A stretch of DNA of 64,000 nucleotides from Camelus ferus (lineage: Eukaryota), in the NCBI RefSeq assembly GCF_009834535.1, contig NC_045697.1:26104001-26168000 (forward strand). Reading direction: 5' to 3'. This document shows, in pieces, positions 1 through 15,210 of this stretch. The stretch's first letter is position 1, and each line of letters starts with the position of its first letter. A model generated the notes under the pieces. The model did no database searches. It was not told the DNA's origin and saw nothing but the letters and a program-made list of their open reading frames with translations. The position numbers and the translations under genes are program-made.

Positions 1-149
1 TGTTTTAATGAGTAAAGGCAGCATGGCCTGTGGTAGGTCTCGCTTTGCAAATATTACATGTTCTTGGGAAGCCAGACTAAGGACAAGTTTAGACTTGAGG
101 AGAGCAAATGTCAATGAGGCTAAGGAGAAATGTTTAGGGTTTTTTTCCC

Positions 150-1280
150 TTGCCCTGAGAAAGAATTTTCCCACACATCTAGAAGGGAATAAATGTATAT
201 TGGTCCAGTGAGTTAGCATTTCATTATCAGTTTTATTCAATACTTAAAACGTACGTGGTGTAAATTCCCCACTGATCTCTTCTACTTCCAGGGGTTGTTT
301 CTTCACCTTCTATTGACTGATGACATTCAAATATGCCAATATTGTTCTGACTCTTCTAAATGTCTAACGTATTTCAAAGAACTGTCCTGAGCTATCTCAC
401 ACACAACAAATCCAAAACTAATCAAATTATCTACCCATCAAGACTAGTGTTTTTTCTAAATTCCTTAACTCAATTGTTTTACTATCTATTCAGTCACCTA
501 AACCAAAATTTTTGGTCACATTCCACTACCGAGTACAGTTATTAAACCAGTGGCCAATAAATATTTGTCAAATAAATAAATGAATGGATTCCAGTGCTTT
601 CTATTCCTCACCCTCTAACTCATGATTTAGCAAGTTCTAGTTACTCTACTTCAAATCCCCTTTCAAAGCATCCCCTCCCCTTGCCTGCACTGTTGCTGCT
701 CTAATAGAGACCCTCAAATCTCTTAATTCTCACGTCTCTACCGTATAAACCATCTGCATCTCTACAGCACAGATTTGGTTATATATTTGCTTGGTTCAAA
801 AATATTTAACATCTCTCTTTTGTCACCAAACAAAATGTCAGCTTCTCCTCCTGACTCCCCATCATTATTAGACAACTCTTGTCACTTCCCCTGACTCATA
901 AACCTACCTCTCAAGCCATAGTTTCTGGTTTTTGATCACATGGTGTCATTTCAGGCCTCCCTTACTTTGATCATATTATTTCCTATGTTGGAATGTTCCT
1001 TCCCTCTCTTGGCAAGCTGGCTTAAATCCCACTCATCCTTTAGCCTCCAATTTAAACATCTTCCAGGCCTCTAACTGGAATGAAATTTTTTACTCCTCAA
1101 AGCTTTGGTGAGAGTTTTAATTTATCCTTATGCTCTAGCTTTTAACATAATCTAAGCTTTTTTTTTTTTTTTTTTTAATAATCTGTTCATGTGTCTGCCT
1201 TTCTCTGAAGTCCTAAAATGCCCTATTCTTAGCATGTAGGCAGTGCCTGGTCCACAGTCAATGTTCTAGAATGTTCTCAG
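150..1280. mobile_element. Decayed L2 LINE fragments
   Basis: L2-like 3' motifs (caataaatatttgtcaaataaataaatgaatg, ggaatgttccttccc, cagtgcctgg...cagtcaatg). Boundaries approximate. Confidence 0.5.
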
Positions 1281-2541
1281 AATTGGCATCAAATTAAAGC
1301 CATATCCACATTATTAAGAGAATTACACACATATTTCAGGAGTTAAAGGAACAGAGGCTCACGAAAGATAAGATTTCTGCTAGAGAATGAGCCCGCGCTC
1401 CCACCCCTAACCTCGCCACCATCCCTTATACCGCTCCTTTCTTTTACCTTCAGACTCTTCAGACCACAAGCAGCCCGGGCAGGACTTAGGCCCGTGGTGG
1501 CATCTGTTCTCTAGGATTTGTTCCCTGGGCTTGTGTTTCCCCATCTTGTCTGCCAGGTGTCACGAGCGTAGCTCTCAGAACCCCAGCGCTGACGACGAGA
1601 CAACGCAAGGCCTGCGGGAGGGAAGCCTTCTGGCTCTCCTTGGGAAAATGTTCATTTCATTCCAGGACCTTGGAGGGAACGTGAGCCTGCCTGGGGTGTA
1701 CTGCCCTCTCCCTCTGGTGTGGTGTCCTCCCTTGTTAGAGGAGGGCCTTGGACAGGAGGAAGCAGGCTGTTCTTGTTTCCGCCCAAGTCTCAAGTCCTGC
1801 ATGGCAATGGCCTCATATATAGTGTGTAGACTGAGGGGCCAGCGGTGGTGAGAACTTGCTGTACCTGAATTTCCATCATACATGGTGAAGATGCCCTGCT
1901 GGTTCAGAGAAAGACACTCTTCAGGTTTGCTTTCTCTTAGTGAAGGAGCATTTCATCCAATTAGAGAGGAATGATCAGAGAGTAAAGAGGCCAAGGACTT
2001 AGCTCCATCTCCCAGGAGACTTGCCGGAGGAGAGGTACTAATTAAACTTACCTAACCAGTGCTAATAGACTCTGCTCCAGCAGAGGAGGAGTTTTTACAT
2101 TTAAAAAAATAAAAATATGATAAATATATGCTAATTAGAGAGAATTATCAAGACCCCCCCCACCCCATGTAACCGTATTCATCTTCAAGGATTATTAACT
2201 TATTGCCAATCTTATTCATCTACACACTACTCTCCAAGCTCCCAGATAACTTTGAAGCAATTCAGATATCATATTAGTTCATTCATAAGTATTTTTGAGT
2301 ATCACATAGAATTATTATTAGCAATACTTTTAAAAGAATTTACCTTTGATTAATATACTTCTCATCCTACCACAGAATCCATATTTTGTTGCCTCAGAAC
2401 TTGACAAGTATATGGGGCTTCCTTCGTACACTGAAGTGTAAGCCTTACAGGGAGAGTGGGATAGTGTGAGCCAGCTCTGTCCCTGCAGTTGATCTGTTCT
2501 GTACACAATTGCAGCCGGGGTGCAGGAATGCCCCTGCTTTG

Positions 2542-2570
2542 GTCACCTAGTAACTTTTCACTAGTCAACA
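2542..2570 (+). promoter_or_regulatory. Candidate RFX X-box (GTCACCTAGTAAC, 2542-2554) with adjacent forkhead motif (GTCAACA, 2564-2570)
   Basis: Exact match to the consensus GTNRCC-N-RGYAAC and to RYMAAYA, 145-170 bp upstream of the exon 1 ATG. Motif match only. Confidence 0.55.
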
Positions 2571-2713
2571 AGAAGCTGAACAAACTATTATGTTGCAGGA
2601 AAGCACTTGGCTAGCTGACTTGGATCGTCTCCTAGGTTTTAGAAGGAAAAAAACTATCACCAAGCTTGAATTTGCTAAACCTTTAGGCTTTGTTGTCACT
2701 CTTGGAGCCTAAC

Positions 2714-2984
2714 ATGGATACAGAAGACATAGGCTCAGGTAAACTAGGCCAAACGCTGAAGCAGATTTGGAAACAAAACCTGATGCTAAAGCAGGCGCTG
2801 CTGGGCAGTGACCCTGGCGCAGGGGCTGGTGGGGCCACCTGGGTAGCCACGGTGGTCTTTCTGGGTCAGGAGCTCAGCGGGGCCCTCCACCAGCTCCTGG
2901 AGCACGCTGCAGGCACTCTGCACTCCGCCTGCCAGCAGCTGTACGTGCTGCTGGACAAACAGGATCATGGTACCTGGAGACAAG
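2714..2984 (+). CDS. DTHD1: DTHD1 coding exon 1 (N-terminal extension of the long isoform, MDTEDIGSGKLGQ...HGTWRQ)
   Basis: ATG at 2714 (aacATGg, good Kozak context) in a locally GC-rich ORF. The donor CAAG|GCAAGT after 2984 is phase 1 and joins in frame to the acceptor at 5292 (G+AA = Glu). The 5' UTR extent is unknown. Confidence 0.75.
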
Positions 2985-3705
2985 GCAAGTATTTCTTCTG
3001 TTTATTCTTTCTCTAAGAAATATTGATTGATAGCCACTCTGAGAGGGGGCTAAGGAGCATACAAAGGCTAAGATAGAGTCTTTGTCCACAAGGGACTAAC
3101 AATGCAACAGGGGAAATTAGGTAAGACAAACACACGATAATGCAAGGGACGCTGAGGCCAATTCCATGAAAGATATACAAATGAAGTGGGTTAAGTCTTC
3201 TGAAGTGGGTGAGATTCTATTTTTAGAGTGGGGAATTGGGACTATCTCTAGAACAAATGTAGTATTTAATCTGAAGCTTAAGGAATAAATAGGATTTATG
3301 CAGCCAGAAATTGGGCACCTGGAAAGAGCATTCCAGACAGAGGTGTTGTTAGCAGGATCCAAGGTTTAGATGTAGGAAACTATAGGCTTAGTTTGAGACA
3401 GAACAAGCAGTTTTTCTATATTGGAATATGATATTCTATTTTTATACTTATTTAAACTTGAACCTATTAGTCGCAAAAACACTAGGAAGACTGAGATGGG
3501 ATGGGATATGGAATTAGACCTCTACACACACTAAGAGGGGCACAGGTTCTCGGCAATAGGCTGAGTTATGGATACTGAGAAGTACAGTGCGCAGGAAGAA
3601 CGTGATATCCGATGCATATGATCTTAAACAACAACAGTTACTCTAGATAAGAAGATGGGTGGCATCGTGAAATCCAACTCTAAATAATATACTGTCCGCA
3701 AAAAA

Positions 3706-4010
3706 ATTATTTACAAAACAGAGACAGACTCACAGATACAGAAAATAAACTTATGTTTACCAGTGGGGAAAGCGGGTAGGGAGGGATAAATTGAGAGTTC
3801 AAGATTTGTAGACACTAACTAGTATATATAAAATAGATTTAAAAAATAAGGTCTTGCTGTATAGCATAGGGAACTATATTCAATACCTTGTAATGGCCCA
3901 TAAAGAAAAAGAGTATGAAAAAGAATATATATGTATAAATGAATGACTATCTGTATAATCAGAAATTAACACACATTGTAAATTGACTATACTTCAATAA
4001 AAGAAAAAAG
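3706..4010 (+). mobile_element. 5'-truncated L1, 3' UTR only (cetartiodactyl/camelid type)
   Basis: ttatttacaaaacagagacagactcacaga...gggagggataaattg...cagaaattaacacacattgtaaattgactatacttcaataaaa followed by an A-rich tail. Similar to the copies at ~42150-42395 and ~48440-48945. Confidence 0.85.
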
Positions 4011-5254
4011 AACCCCCCCCCCCAAAAAGACACACACACAAAAATGATGTCAAGGCAAGTGGGCAGGTCTCATCAATCAGGAATCCAGGGCAGATAGTAT
4101 TAAGAAATTCAGTCTAGAAGGCAGATAGTGGACATCAGGGGAATCTGTCCAAAAGCGTGTGACCCAGAGATCATCAGCTAGAGTACATAGATAGGAACCG
4201 AATCTCTGGAGAAAACTGAATGTGGTTCTAGGCAACATACAAAGACAAATAATTACTCATGGAAAATGAGAAGGACTCAGCTACCAGAAGAGGAGTTCAA
4301 AATAAAGACAGGGTCTCAGACATAAGACAAAAAACAAGTTGTCAGAACTGGAGCCTGAAAATAAAGTTAGACTAGTGAAAGGATGATTTAGTGATGATTC
4401 TGAAAACACTAACTATGGGGCCTTAAGTGACATATTCCCGAGTTCAGAACTGAATTCTAAAGATTGGAGAGTCGCTAAGCCTGTAGGAAGCCATCAGGTG
4501 ACTCCAGCTGTGAGGAGAGGAGGAATGGACAAATAGGAGAATAACAAGAAATGGGGATGCAGGGAGAGAGTACATCAGATCAGATCATGGTGAGGGCTTA
4601 TACCAGGGTGATGAGGCTTCACTTGGTTTATTACTTCTTGAGTAGCCAGGTTCTAATCAGAGAATTGGTATGATAAGAGCTATTCTTTGAAAGACTCATT
4701 TGAAAATTGCCAATGATCACAAGCTCGGCAGGAGGAATGGTGTGAACCTAATCCAATCACCATGACAAACAAAGTACTCAATAAAATATACCATCTTCAC
4801 CAGCAGAGGTAATGTATCTATGGTATGCCTACTACCCAAGTCTCATCTGAAGAGCTCTGCTAAACTTTAGGCAAATAATTACAGATGGATCATTGATAAA
4901 CTGTATAGTATATCCAAAGAAGAAAACAATTCTCAAAATCATTCTGAATGAGGAATGATTGAAGATGTTGACTTCAATTGAATAGTATCTTATGGAGGGG
5001 GTTATGATACCTGTCTTCAAATGTTCAAAACATTTTCACATGCAAGAGGAATTAGATTGACTCTTTGCTACTATATTAAAAGACAACATGTCCCCAACTC
5101 CTAGGTGTGTTAAAAAAAAAAGTTACAGTTGTACAAGTGACTTTTTCTTCAAGAGGGAGAGGGGCTTAAATGCCTGGTAAGGGTCTTTGTAGATTTCTGG
5201 GTGTATCTCTCCATACCTCATGGCATATCATTGGAGAAACATAATTTGGTTTAG

Positions 5255-5905
<651 letters not shown>

Positions 5906-8309
5906 TAAGTAAATGCAATGTGAGAGGTGCTTCTATATGCCGACTTACAGGTGTGTCTCCACTTGTACATAAAACATAGCTTTTATACATGGATAAAATT
6001 TTATATTTACTTTTCAGATCTCCAAAAGATATTACATGTCAATAATTCCATGTAAATTAATCCCATAAAAATATATATGGCTGCTATTTCTAATATTGTT
6101 TAGTTTCAGTAAACAAACATTAAATGTTTCTTTAAAGGAAGAAGGAAGTAACTGTGTAATAAAGTAGTCAAAATGAACAATTGTCCAGAATGGACACTTT
6201 TCTAAATAACTACTCTTTAGTTATCATAAGAAAAACTAGGAAGCTGCAGAGTTCAAATATTAAAAGAGAATTTTGTAGCCTCAGATTTATCTTATTTGTA
6301 TCTTCAAATAAATTCCCAGAATCATTTTACTTATAAATCATCATGAATTCTTACCCCGTGTCTGGAGAACTCTAGGAAGGCTCATGGATAAGCTTTGGGA
6401 GGTTCGTAAAATTGAATGTATATTTTCATACCTATTTTATCTCCTTGGGGGTGTTCAGAGCTTTCACCAGGTTCTCAGAGAGCCCGAGCCTTCAAAAAAA
6501 ATGTTGAAATTGACTGATCTATTTAATGAATTATCTCCCCTGTACAAAGGAATAATAATCCATACTTGCCAAATAAAATATTCACAAGCCTTACTTTCTC
6601 GGTAAAAATAAGAAACTTAGAAGGCAATGGGGAAAAGTAATTTAAAAAATCACTGATTTAGGAGTCAGCTTTAAATTTTTCTCTAAAAATATGATATACG
6701 AGTTCTATGATCTTGGGCAACTTGTTTTATTTCTTAGCCTTGTTTTCTTATTTGTAGAAATTGTATATACTTCTTGGAGTAGTTGGGAAGGTCAAATGAA
6801 AAAGTCATGTAAAGGGCCTAGCACTTGTCTCTTGGCAGATGTTCCCACTTAGCTCAATAACAGTGTGTTGATTTATCTCACCCCCAGCAACCCTCACTTT
6901 CTCCACCTCCCACACACTACCTCCTTTCACTGAGCCCCTCTGCTCTTTCAGACGTACAATGCCATTTCCAGCACAACATCACAAATGAGTCAGTGCTCTT
7001 AGGCAAGTCATTTTAGTCATTTTGCTCACTTTAACTTTAGTTATCTCATCTACAGAATGAAAGGGTTGAGCTAGTTTAGCTGTGAGATTCCCTACACGTC
7101 TGAAAAAAATCTAATGAATTCTGCAGATGTCACAGAACTACATTCAGTGCATGAAAGACCCCCCCTGGTTTGAAAGACTTACTGATCCTTTAAAACAACT
7201 GTTAGTCAATATGTGGCCGCCCATTTCACTTGAGAAAAACATTAACACTTTACATCTTCACATTCAGAAATGACTCAAAGCATCAACTAATGAGTCACTG
7301 CTGAACCACTCCCTCTGACACCTCCTTTAGGTGTTCCCTAGTGAGCGATTTCCTCTCTGTGGCATGCAAACCAATTTTGCTTGGCTTGCATGTTTGAGAA
7401 GATGACTACTCATTGCGATCCCTCAGGCTAGGAAGCCATCATGCCACAAAAAAGATGAATCTCATAAACAAAACCTAGCTTGGAACCTCTTGTGCATCCT
7501 CCCTGGAGAGCGTTCTGAAAAAAGCCCCTCTCTTCCAGGGTAGTTGTCCTAGTGTGTACAAACTCAAAGGGAAACACCACTAGAATAAACCAATGTGATC
7601 GTTTTAGTGGCTGGACTAGATCTATTTGATTAGGGCTAGGGGAAATAGAAGCATTTACAGGGTTCCTCACCCTACTTTGTCTGTCAGCCTTTTGGAAGAA
7701 TGCATTGAGATGGTTGTCCAGGGCACGAGGAGGGTCATATTTGACGTTACATAAGACTGGATCATTGTCTCCTCTATTAAACAGTGTATCTCATTTTCTG
7801 AAGTACCATCATCACCATTATCAGAGAATACTCAGACAGAACCATGTGCTGGGTCATTTTCTATTCCTTCTAAGGTCATGGGTTCAGAATTATAAATACA
7901 AATAACTCTCTGCAATTTCAACATTTTTTTTAGATTTCTAGGCTAGAGGGCACTGTAAAAGTCGATTGACTACTAATTGAAAAATAGTTAAAACCTGATT
8001 ATTCTACAACTGGGTACTAATGCTGCATTTTACAGAGATCCTCTTATTTTTAACACTGCTTACATTTCAATCATTTCACTGGTATGAAACGAGAAGTAGC
8101 AAGGAGAAACATAAAGTGGTAGTTTTAATGTAGAGATATAGCATTTATGGAGCACTCATTTTGTGTTAACTCACTATTATAAGAAGTTCAAATATTTTAT
8201 CTTATTCAATCTTCACACTGTTGTAGATTTAGTATTAGTTTCAATTTTGTAATGGATAAAGAAACCAGTGTTTTGGAATGATTTGAGGAAGTATGATATT
8301 ATACTAGGA

Positions 8310-8520
8310 AGTCTGGGGTTTTGAGTTAAAGATGGATGGATTCAGTTATTGATTCTACGACTTACCACCTGTATGATCTTCAGCAAGTTAAATTTTCTAA
8401 ACCTCAGTTACCTTATCTGTAAAATGGTACTGCCTGACTCCATAGTATGAGGATTAAATGAAATAATGTGTAGCCTAAAACCTGGTTCATAGAAAGAGCT
8501 AAAGTATTTTAATAATAATT
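8310..8520 (+). mobile_element. MIR SINE
   Basis: MIR core: tgtatgatcttcagcaagtt...aacctcagttaccttatctgtaaaatgg...gaggattaaatgaaataatg. Confidence 0.7.
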
Positions 8521-8959
8521 ATTAATGTTGAAGGTCAAACAAATAGTAAGGGACTGACCTCAAAATTGAATTCAATCTGTAAGACTCTAAAATCTTTGGC
8601 AAAGGTGATGGTACAAAAAGCAACAGTAAAACCAATTGTCAAAATAAGCTTTTGAATTGATTCTTTGAGAATTGTAAATATTCTAATTACCTTGATTAAT
8701 CATAAATTCACAGTACTTTTGTACCTTTCTCAATTTTTCTTAAAAATACAATAAACATCATCATTAGATCTAAGGTGTTTAAACAATTCCAATACTACAT
8801 ATATATATAAATTCAAATATCAAAATTTAGAAAATTACTCAGGTATTAGGACTTGGTTTATCAAGAAGCTTCCAGCAATTTTAAGATTCATATTTGAATG
8901 AACAAAATTGAGGAATAAATCGACTGCTTAAATAATTATACTAATAACAATAGTAACAA

Positions 8960-9215
8960 GAGTAACAGTAGCTAACATATACAGTATCTACTATGTGCCA
9001 GGCATAGCTTTTTAATTTCTTAACTCATAATAGTTCATTTAATTCTCACAGCCTTCCTATGAGATACATATTATTTTATCGTCACTTTACAGTTGATGAA
9101 ACTGAAGCACAGAGAGGCTGAGTACCTTGCCCAAAGTCACCGTCAGTAAGTGGGAGAGTGGGAGTCATAGCAAGACAATATGGGGCTACGACTTGTGCTT
9201 CTATGCATTTCACTG
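8960..9215 (-). mobile_element. MIR SINE just upstream of the exon 3 acceptor
   Basis: tactatgtgccaggca...tttaattctcaca...ttttacagttgatgaaactgaagcacagagaggctgagtaccttgcccaaagtcac. Confidence 0.8.
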
Positions 9216-9240
9216 CATAGTCCATAATTCAAATAACTGA

Positions 9241-9648
<408 letters not shown>

Positions 9649-10079
9649 TAAATATTATACAGGCTAGTATAGATACAGTTGCTCCACTGGTAACAAATGG
9701 AAGGGTTGATTAAGATTTATGCCAGTAAATTCGTGCTTTTTCTGTTTTTTCTCCTTGCCGACCATAAAGGTCACAGAGCAGAGCTTATTGGTCAAATTAG
9801 GGAATGAAGAACTTAAGTGTAGGGCCCATAAAGTGTTATCATTTTGCCTGGGAAGCAAAGCCAACATCATGGTTTAATCAGCTTCAAGCCTTTGACTAGC
9901 TTTAGATGAACATTTCTTGTGATGGTCTAAATTTAAAAATTCTAGAATCCCCAGATGATAGTAGTTTATTTTTATCATTCATGGATTGGAAAAATATGTA
10001 AAAAATAAACAATTTGTTTGTGTGTGTGCCTTGAGATAGTTATTAAGTCTACAAATCATGTTTTTAGTCTGTGCATGGA

Positions 10080-10330
10080 AAACAGTATATGTGGTAGTTA
10101 GGAGGTGGGTTGTGGAGGAGGACTGGCTTGGTCTGAAGTTTGGTTCCTACACTTTCTTGCTATGTGAGCTTGAGTAAATTATGTAACCTCACTATGACTC
10201 AATTCCTTCATCTAAAAACTGAACACAACAGTGTCTACCTGATAGGGTCATAACGATTAAATGAAAAAAAAAATGCTCTTAAGAAGATAAAAGGAAGCCT
10301 ATAAACACATGCTAGTAGCTAATAAATTGT
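10080..10330 (+). mobile_element. MIR SINE
   Basis: gctatgtgagcttgagtaaattatgtaacctc...ctcaattccttcatctaaaaa...gattaaatga. Confidence 0.65.
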
Positions 10331-12141
10331 CATTTTTCATGGTAGACTTTTTTATAATAACTCCAAAGCCATCTACGGAGATAAATTCATATGTTTTGAA
10401 GAAGATATATACACAATTATTAAACTTAGCATAGAGTTGATGGGAACTAAAATTTAAAGTTCTTCTGTGGACCACTGAACTTACTTTTAAACAATTAAAA
10501 TATTTCTCTTTTCAGTTTTATATAAGTTGTCATTATTTGAAGAGGAGGGCAAAGAATAAATATTAAAAAAAATCCACTCATACAAACAATTTTTTAATTC
10601 ATCTCTTCCTTTTCTGACTTGGGTCTTTTCTGAGCTACAAACAAGATTATACATTTGAATATGAAAGCTAAGCCTGTTCTAATTATTTACTACTGTTCAT
10701 GCAATTAAGACATTTTACATTTAGTCTAGGAAGCCTGTAAGTATAATAATCTAGTCAGCATTGCCCTTGATTGTGGCTGTTTAATCTTGACCACTCCACT
10801 GACTGTCACAAAAAAACAAAAACTTCATAGCACATGTGCTTTTCAACAAATAGACATGCAAGATGTTTAGTAATACAAGAGAAAAAAAGTAAGAGAACCA
10901 TTGTCTACTGAAAAAACAAAGCATACACTTTTCTTTTTATGTTTTTCTAATTGTAGTTATCCCTATTTTTAACTAAAGAGAATTTAAACTCTGGATTCCT
11001 TCCAAATGTTTATGCGGTTCATATGACATTTATGAATTCTAATTCTGGAGTCAGATAAACTATCGTCAGAGTTCTATTCATGACGCGCCCCCACTTAAAA
11101 ACCCTTCCGTTTCCCCAGAATCTGCCAAATACTCTAAATGCATGGCAACCACCACCAGTTCCCAGAAAACCCTTCTCTCTCTCTCACTGTTTCCCTCCAG
11201 CCAATTAGGAACATTCATCATGCCCTGAATTTTCCTAGCGATGGATTCACACAGAGAAATTGTGAAATCTCTTTCTTAGTCAGTTTTCAAATGATAGATT
11301 ATTTTCCATTGTGATTGTCCTTGAAATGTTTGTGTGTGTGTCTGCATGATTATCCACTCATGCCAGGGTGGAGCCCGGCTGGTGTTTAGGGAAACATGAA
11401 TAGACCAGATTACTTCTAAGTCTTCCTCTTCATTTTAAGCTTTGGTGATTATCTGAATAGATAATTCTGTTTTCATTTATGTACTCAGTTCCTTTTTGTG
11501 TGACAAAAAAGCTCGAATATGTCCCTGCATCTATGCACTCCAATTTTAAATGTCACTATGTGAAAAAGAAACACAAATGTGTCTCTTTGCAGTCATCTGC
11601 TCCCACTGCATGGAAGAGGGAAATAGAGAAAACGACTTTATCACGAGATTGTGAGTTGTCAGAAGGAGGAATTTACTGACAGTACGGGTGCTACAGTACT
11701 TGTGTAAACTACCCAAATGATGAAATTTCAGTCCTTGTAATTCCTAAAACAGTGTTAAATCTTCTGAGTAAAGGCCAATATTTAAAGTCCATGCTGGTAA
11801 AAGAGGATAGGATTCCAAAATAATTAATATTTGTGAAAACACTAAATGTGATTGCCCATTATACATTTACACTTTGGGGGAAATAATTTAATTTTAAAAA
11901 TACATTTCTCTCTTTTCTGCTGTGTAGTCCAAATTTGAGAAACTCCTAATATCTACTACTTCATCTCATGAAAGGACCATCCTTTTGGGGTTAATGAAGT
12001 AATTCTCGACTGTGGGAGATTATAGGGACAGCATATAGTTTTTAGGGGTCTTTTTTCCCTTTCCACAGTCATACACAGCATGTACTCCCAGAACACTGCT
12101 GTATTGATGTCTTTTAATCTTATTGTCTTAATGTCCTTTAA

Positions 12142-12399
<258 letters not shown>

Positions 12400-13397
12400 T
12401 GAAGAAGACATAAATATGTAAAATAATAGTAAATGAATTTTTCTCCTATAGTTTTAATGATCTAACGCTAGTGTCATCAGTGATACAGTGACGATTTGGA
12501 GCATATTGAATCTCATTCCAAAATAAATCCTTGCCTTATTTGAAAGTCTTTTCTAGCTATTTTTTTTTTCTGTTGTTTTGTTTATGATATTTGTTGACAA
12601 AAAAAAAATACTGAATATCTATGATAGAATTGATGCCAGACATTGGGACTTTCATCTGATTCAAGATTTCCACCTGAGAGGATGGCTAAATAAGAGGCTA
12701 ATCAATTAAAAATTTATGATTATGAATATTTGGTTACATTTAATTTGGGGGATGAGGATTTAATACACACAAACATTATTTGCAAGGTGTACAATGATGC
12801 ATCAATGTACAGTTTAGAAGACATGTTTCCTCAATATTTCCTATCCTTCTGGCCTCAACTCTCCCTCAAGCTCTCCCTGTTTCTCCATTGTTACTGTAAG
12901 TGGTAAATGAAGAAGAAAAGTTAGGGAGAAAACATAAATAATGTATTTATAAATATTTTCCATAAACGTTGAAATTTTGGAATTATGCTAGATTTTTTGT
13001 TAGCCATTTTTATATGAGAGGAAACAAATAAATATAGTCTTGTTTTTCTAGTTTCTGAAAATCACCCGCTCTAACAATAGTTCTAATTAGAAATTATGTA
13101 AAATGTCTATTTTATTTTCTAGGTCACTTTGTTGCCTACAATTAAGTGTGTTTCTCAGTTATTTATAACATAGGAGAGGGAACCTAGATTTCAGAAAGGC
13201 TTTCTAAAGAGAGGACCAAATGCTGTGCTCTTTTATAAACAATTGTAGTGTTGATTCCAGCCAATAAGGTATAGAAAAAGTATAAAACTATGTTCTATTA
13301 AATTTTCAGAAAACTGACTCAGAAATGTGCTGATATTTTGCATCCTTTGCTATCAAAATACAGGAATATATATATATATATTTTTTTCTTTGTTTAG

Positions 13398-13643
<246 letters not shown>

Positions 13644-14439
13644 TGAGTTAGACCTTACTGTCACTAATTAACTTGATGGTAAACAAAGAAACTTAAGTGA
13701 TTAAAAATGTAACCAGATGTCATATTTAAATATCAGTACTGATATTATGAAATATTTTTAATGTAGAAAAAAATATTGTGGATCCAGAAGGGTAATGATT
13801 TTAGCTGTAAAGTGTCCAAATGTATGCTATGTGATAAGATTGACACAAAAGAGGTAAAATTAATCCTTGATTTCAAAAAAAAATTATATGATTAATTATA
13901 AAGATATGATATGATGATTTTAATTTCTGTGGTTAAGAGTGTTCTATTAATGTGGGGAAAAGATTAACCTGATCGTCTACAAAACAAGTTAAATTTGAGT
14001 CTATATTTACCATGTAGGCAGTTTCCTTTCTCTCCTAATTTCTATAATTAAACAAAATCCTCATGAATAAGACTAATTTACATACTGAGTAACTAGCCAG
14101 AGATGAAATCAGAAGTGAAATGCTAATAACAAATAGGGTACACTGAGTAATACTAATTCTGATCTTAATTCCTGTCCTTTCATTTAATACTTTTTTCCCT
14201 AATAAGAAAGGAAGAAGGGAAACTTTCTATTCTTTGGTTCTGAAGGGAAATTTTTTTCTTCTTTGAAAAACCATCGGAGGGAGAAACAACTTCAGACATT
14301 TGATTGAAATAATAACTACTATTAACTGAGAAGCTACTATTTGCCGGGTTCCTTTTGTAGATTCTCATCCAACCTCCCCACCACCTTACCTTCATTTCAT
14401 CAGTAAGAGATTGAAACTCAATGAGACTAAGAACTAGTA

Positions 14440-14752
14440 CAACTATCTGTAGGTTGATACTACTTTCAACCCTACTGTGGGGTGAAAATTTTACAAAAAC
14501 AAAAAAAAATTCTGGAAACTTCTCCAAAGCAAAACTTGAATTTGCTACAAACTGGCAACTATTTACATAGTGTTTACTCTGTACTAAGTATTATAAGTAA
14601 TCTTGAAATAATTAAAAGTATACAGGAAGATACGTGCAGGTTATATGCAAAGACTGTGCCATATTTTACTTGAGGGACTCGAGCATCCACAGATTTTGGT
14701 ATCTGTGGGGTCCTGGAATCAATGTCTTGTGGACATCGAGGGAGGATGGACT
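14440..14752. mobile_element. MER2-like (TcMar-Tigger) non-autonomous DNA transposon
   Basis: aaagcaaaacttgaatttgc...tattataagtaatcttga...aggttatatgcaaa...gagcatccacagattttggtatctgtggggtcctggaatcaat resembles the MER2 consensus as recalled. Confidence 0.75.
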
Positions 14753-15188
14753 AAGGCTTGGTCTGGACTCAAGTATCTCCATTTCTAGTCATGACTATAT
14801 GTAGTCATCATCTGTTCAGTTTGAGGCTGCAAAACTAGCAATTGAGAAGTGGAATATTTGCACTTCCCACTGTATTTCTAATTTAGGAAGCTGGCAATAG
14901 TAGAACACTGGGTTGTGGCTAGGAGAAGTTAGACTTCCCCTAGTGTTAGCTAAGTGAGAGGTGACATAGAAATATAGGCATGATTCAGATTTTTGCTACT
15001 TGGGAAATTATACTCCAATTGGCAACTGAGTTAATCCGTGTTCCTGTCTATCATGGTAAAGTAAGATTTAAAACCAAAAATATCCTGGAACTTCCAATTT
15101 AAAATGTATTAGTCTAACAGATTAAGACATTCACTTTCAAATACCCCCAAATACATATACATATGTATTTTATATACATATATACCAG

Positions 15189-15210
15189 ACACACACACAC
15201 ACACACACAC
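15189..15210 (+). repeat. (AC)11 microsatellite
   Basis: Direct reading. Confidence 0.95.

Noticed and set aside
1390..1883. GC/CpG-enriched patch with overlapping ORFs 1531..1851 (+) and 1575..1883 (-)
   Set aside because: No recognisable protein and too short and CpG-poor for a CpG island. It may be regulatory or a non-coding exon, but I cannot support that.
2786..3089. Antisense ORFs overlapping DTHD1 exon 1
   Set aside because: Expected shadow of GC-rich coding sequence; no independent evidence.
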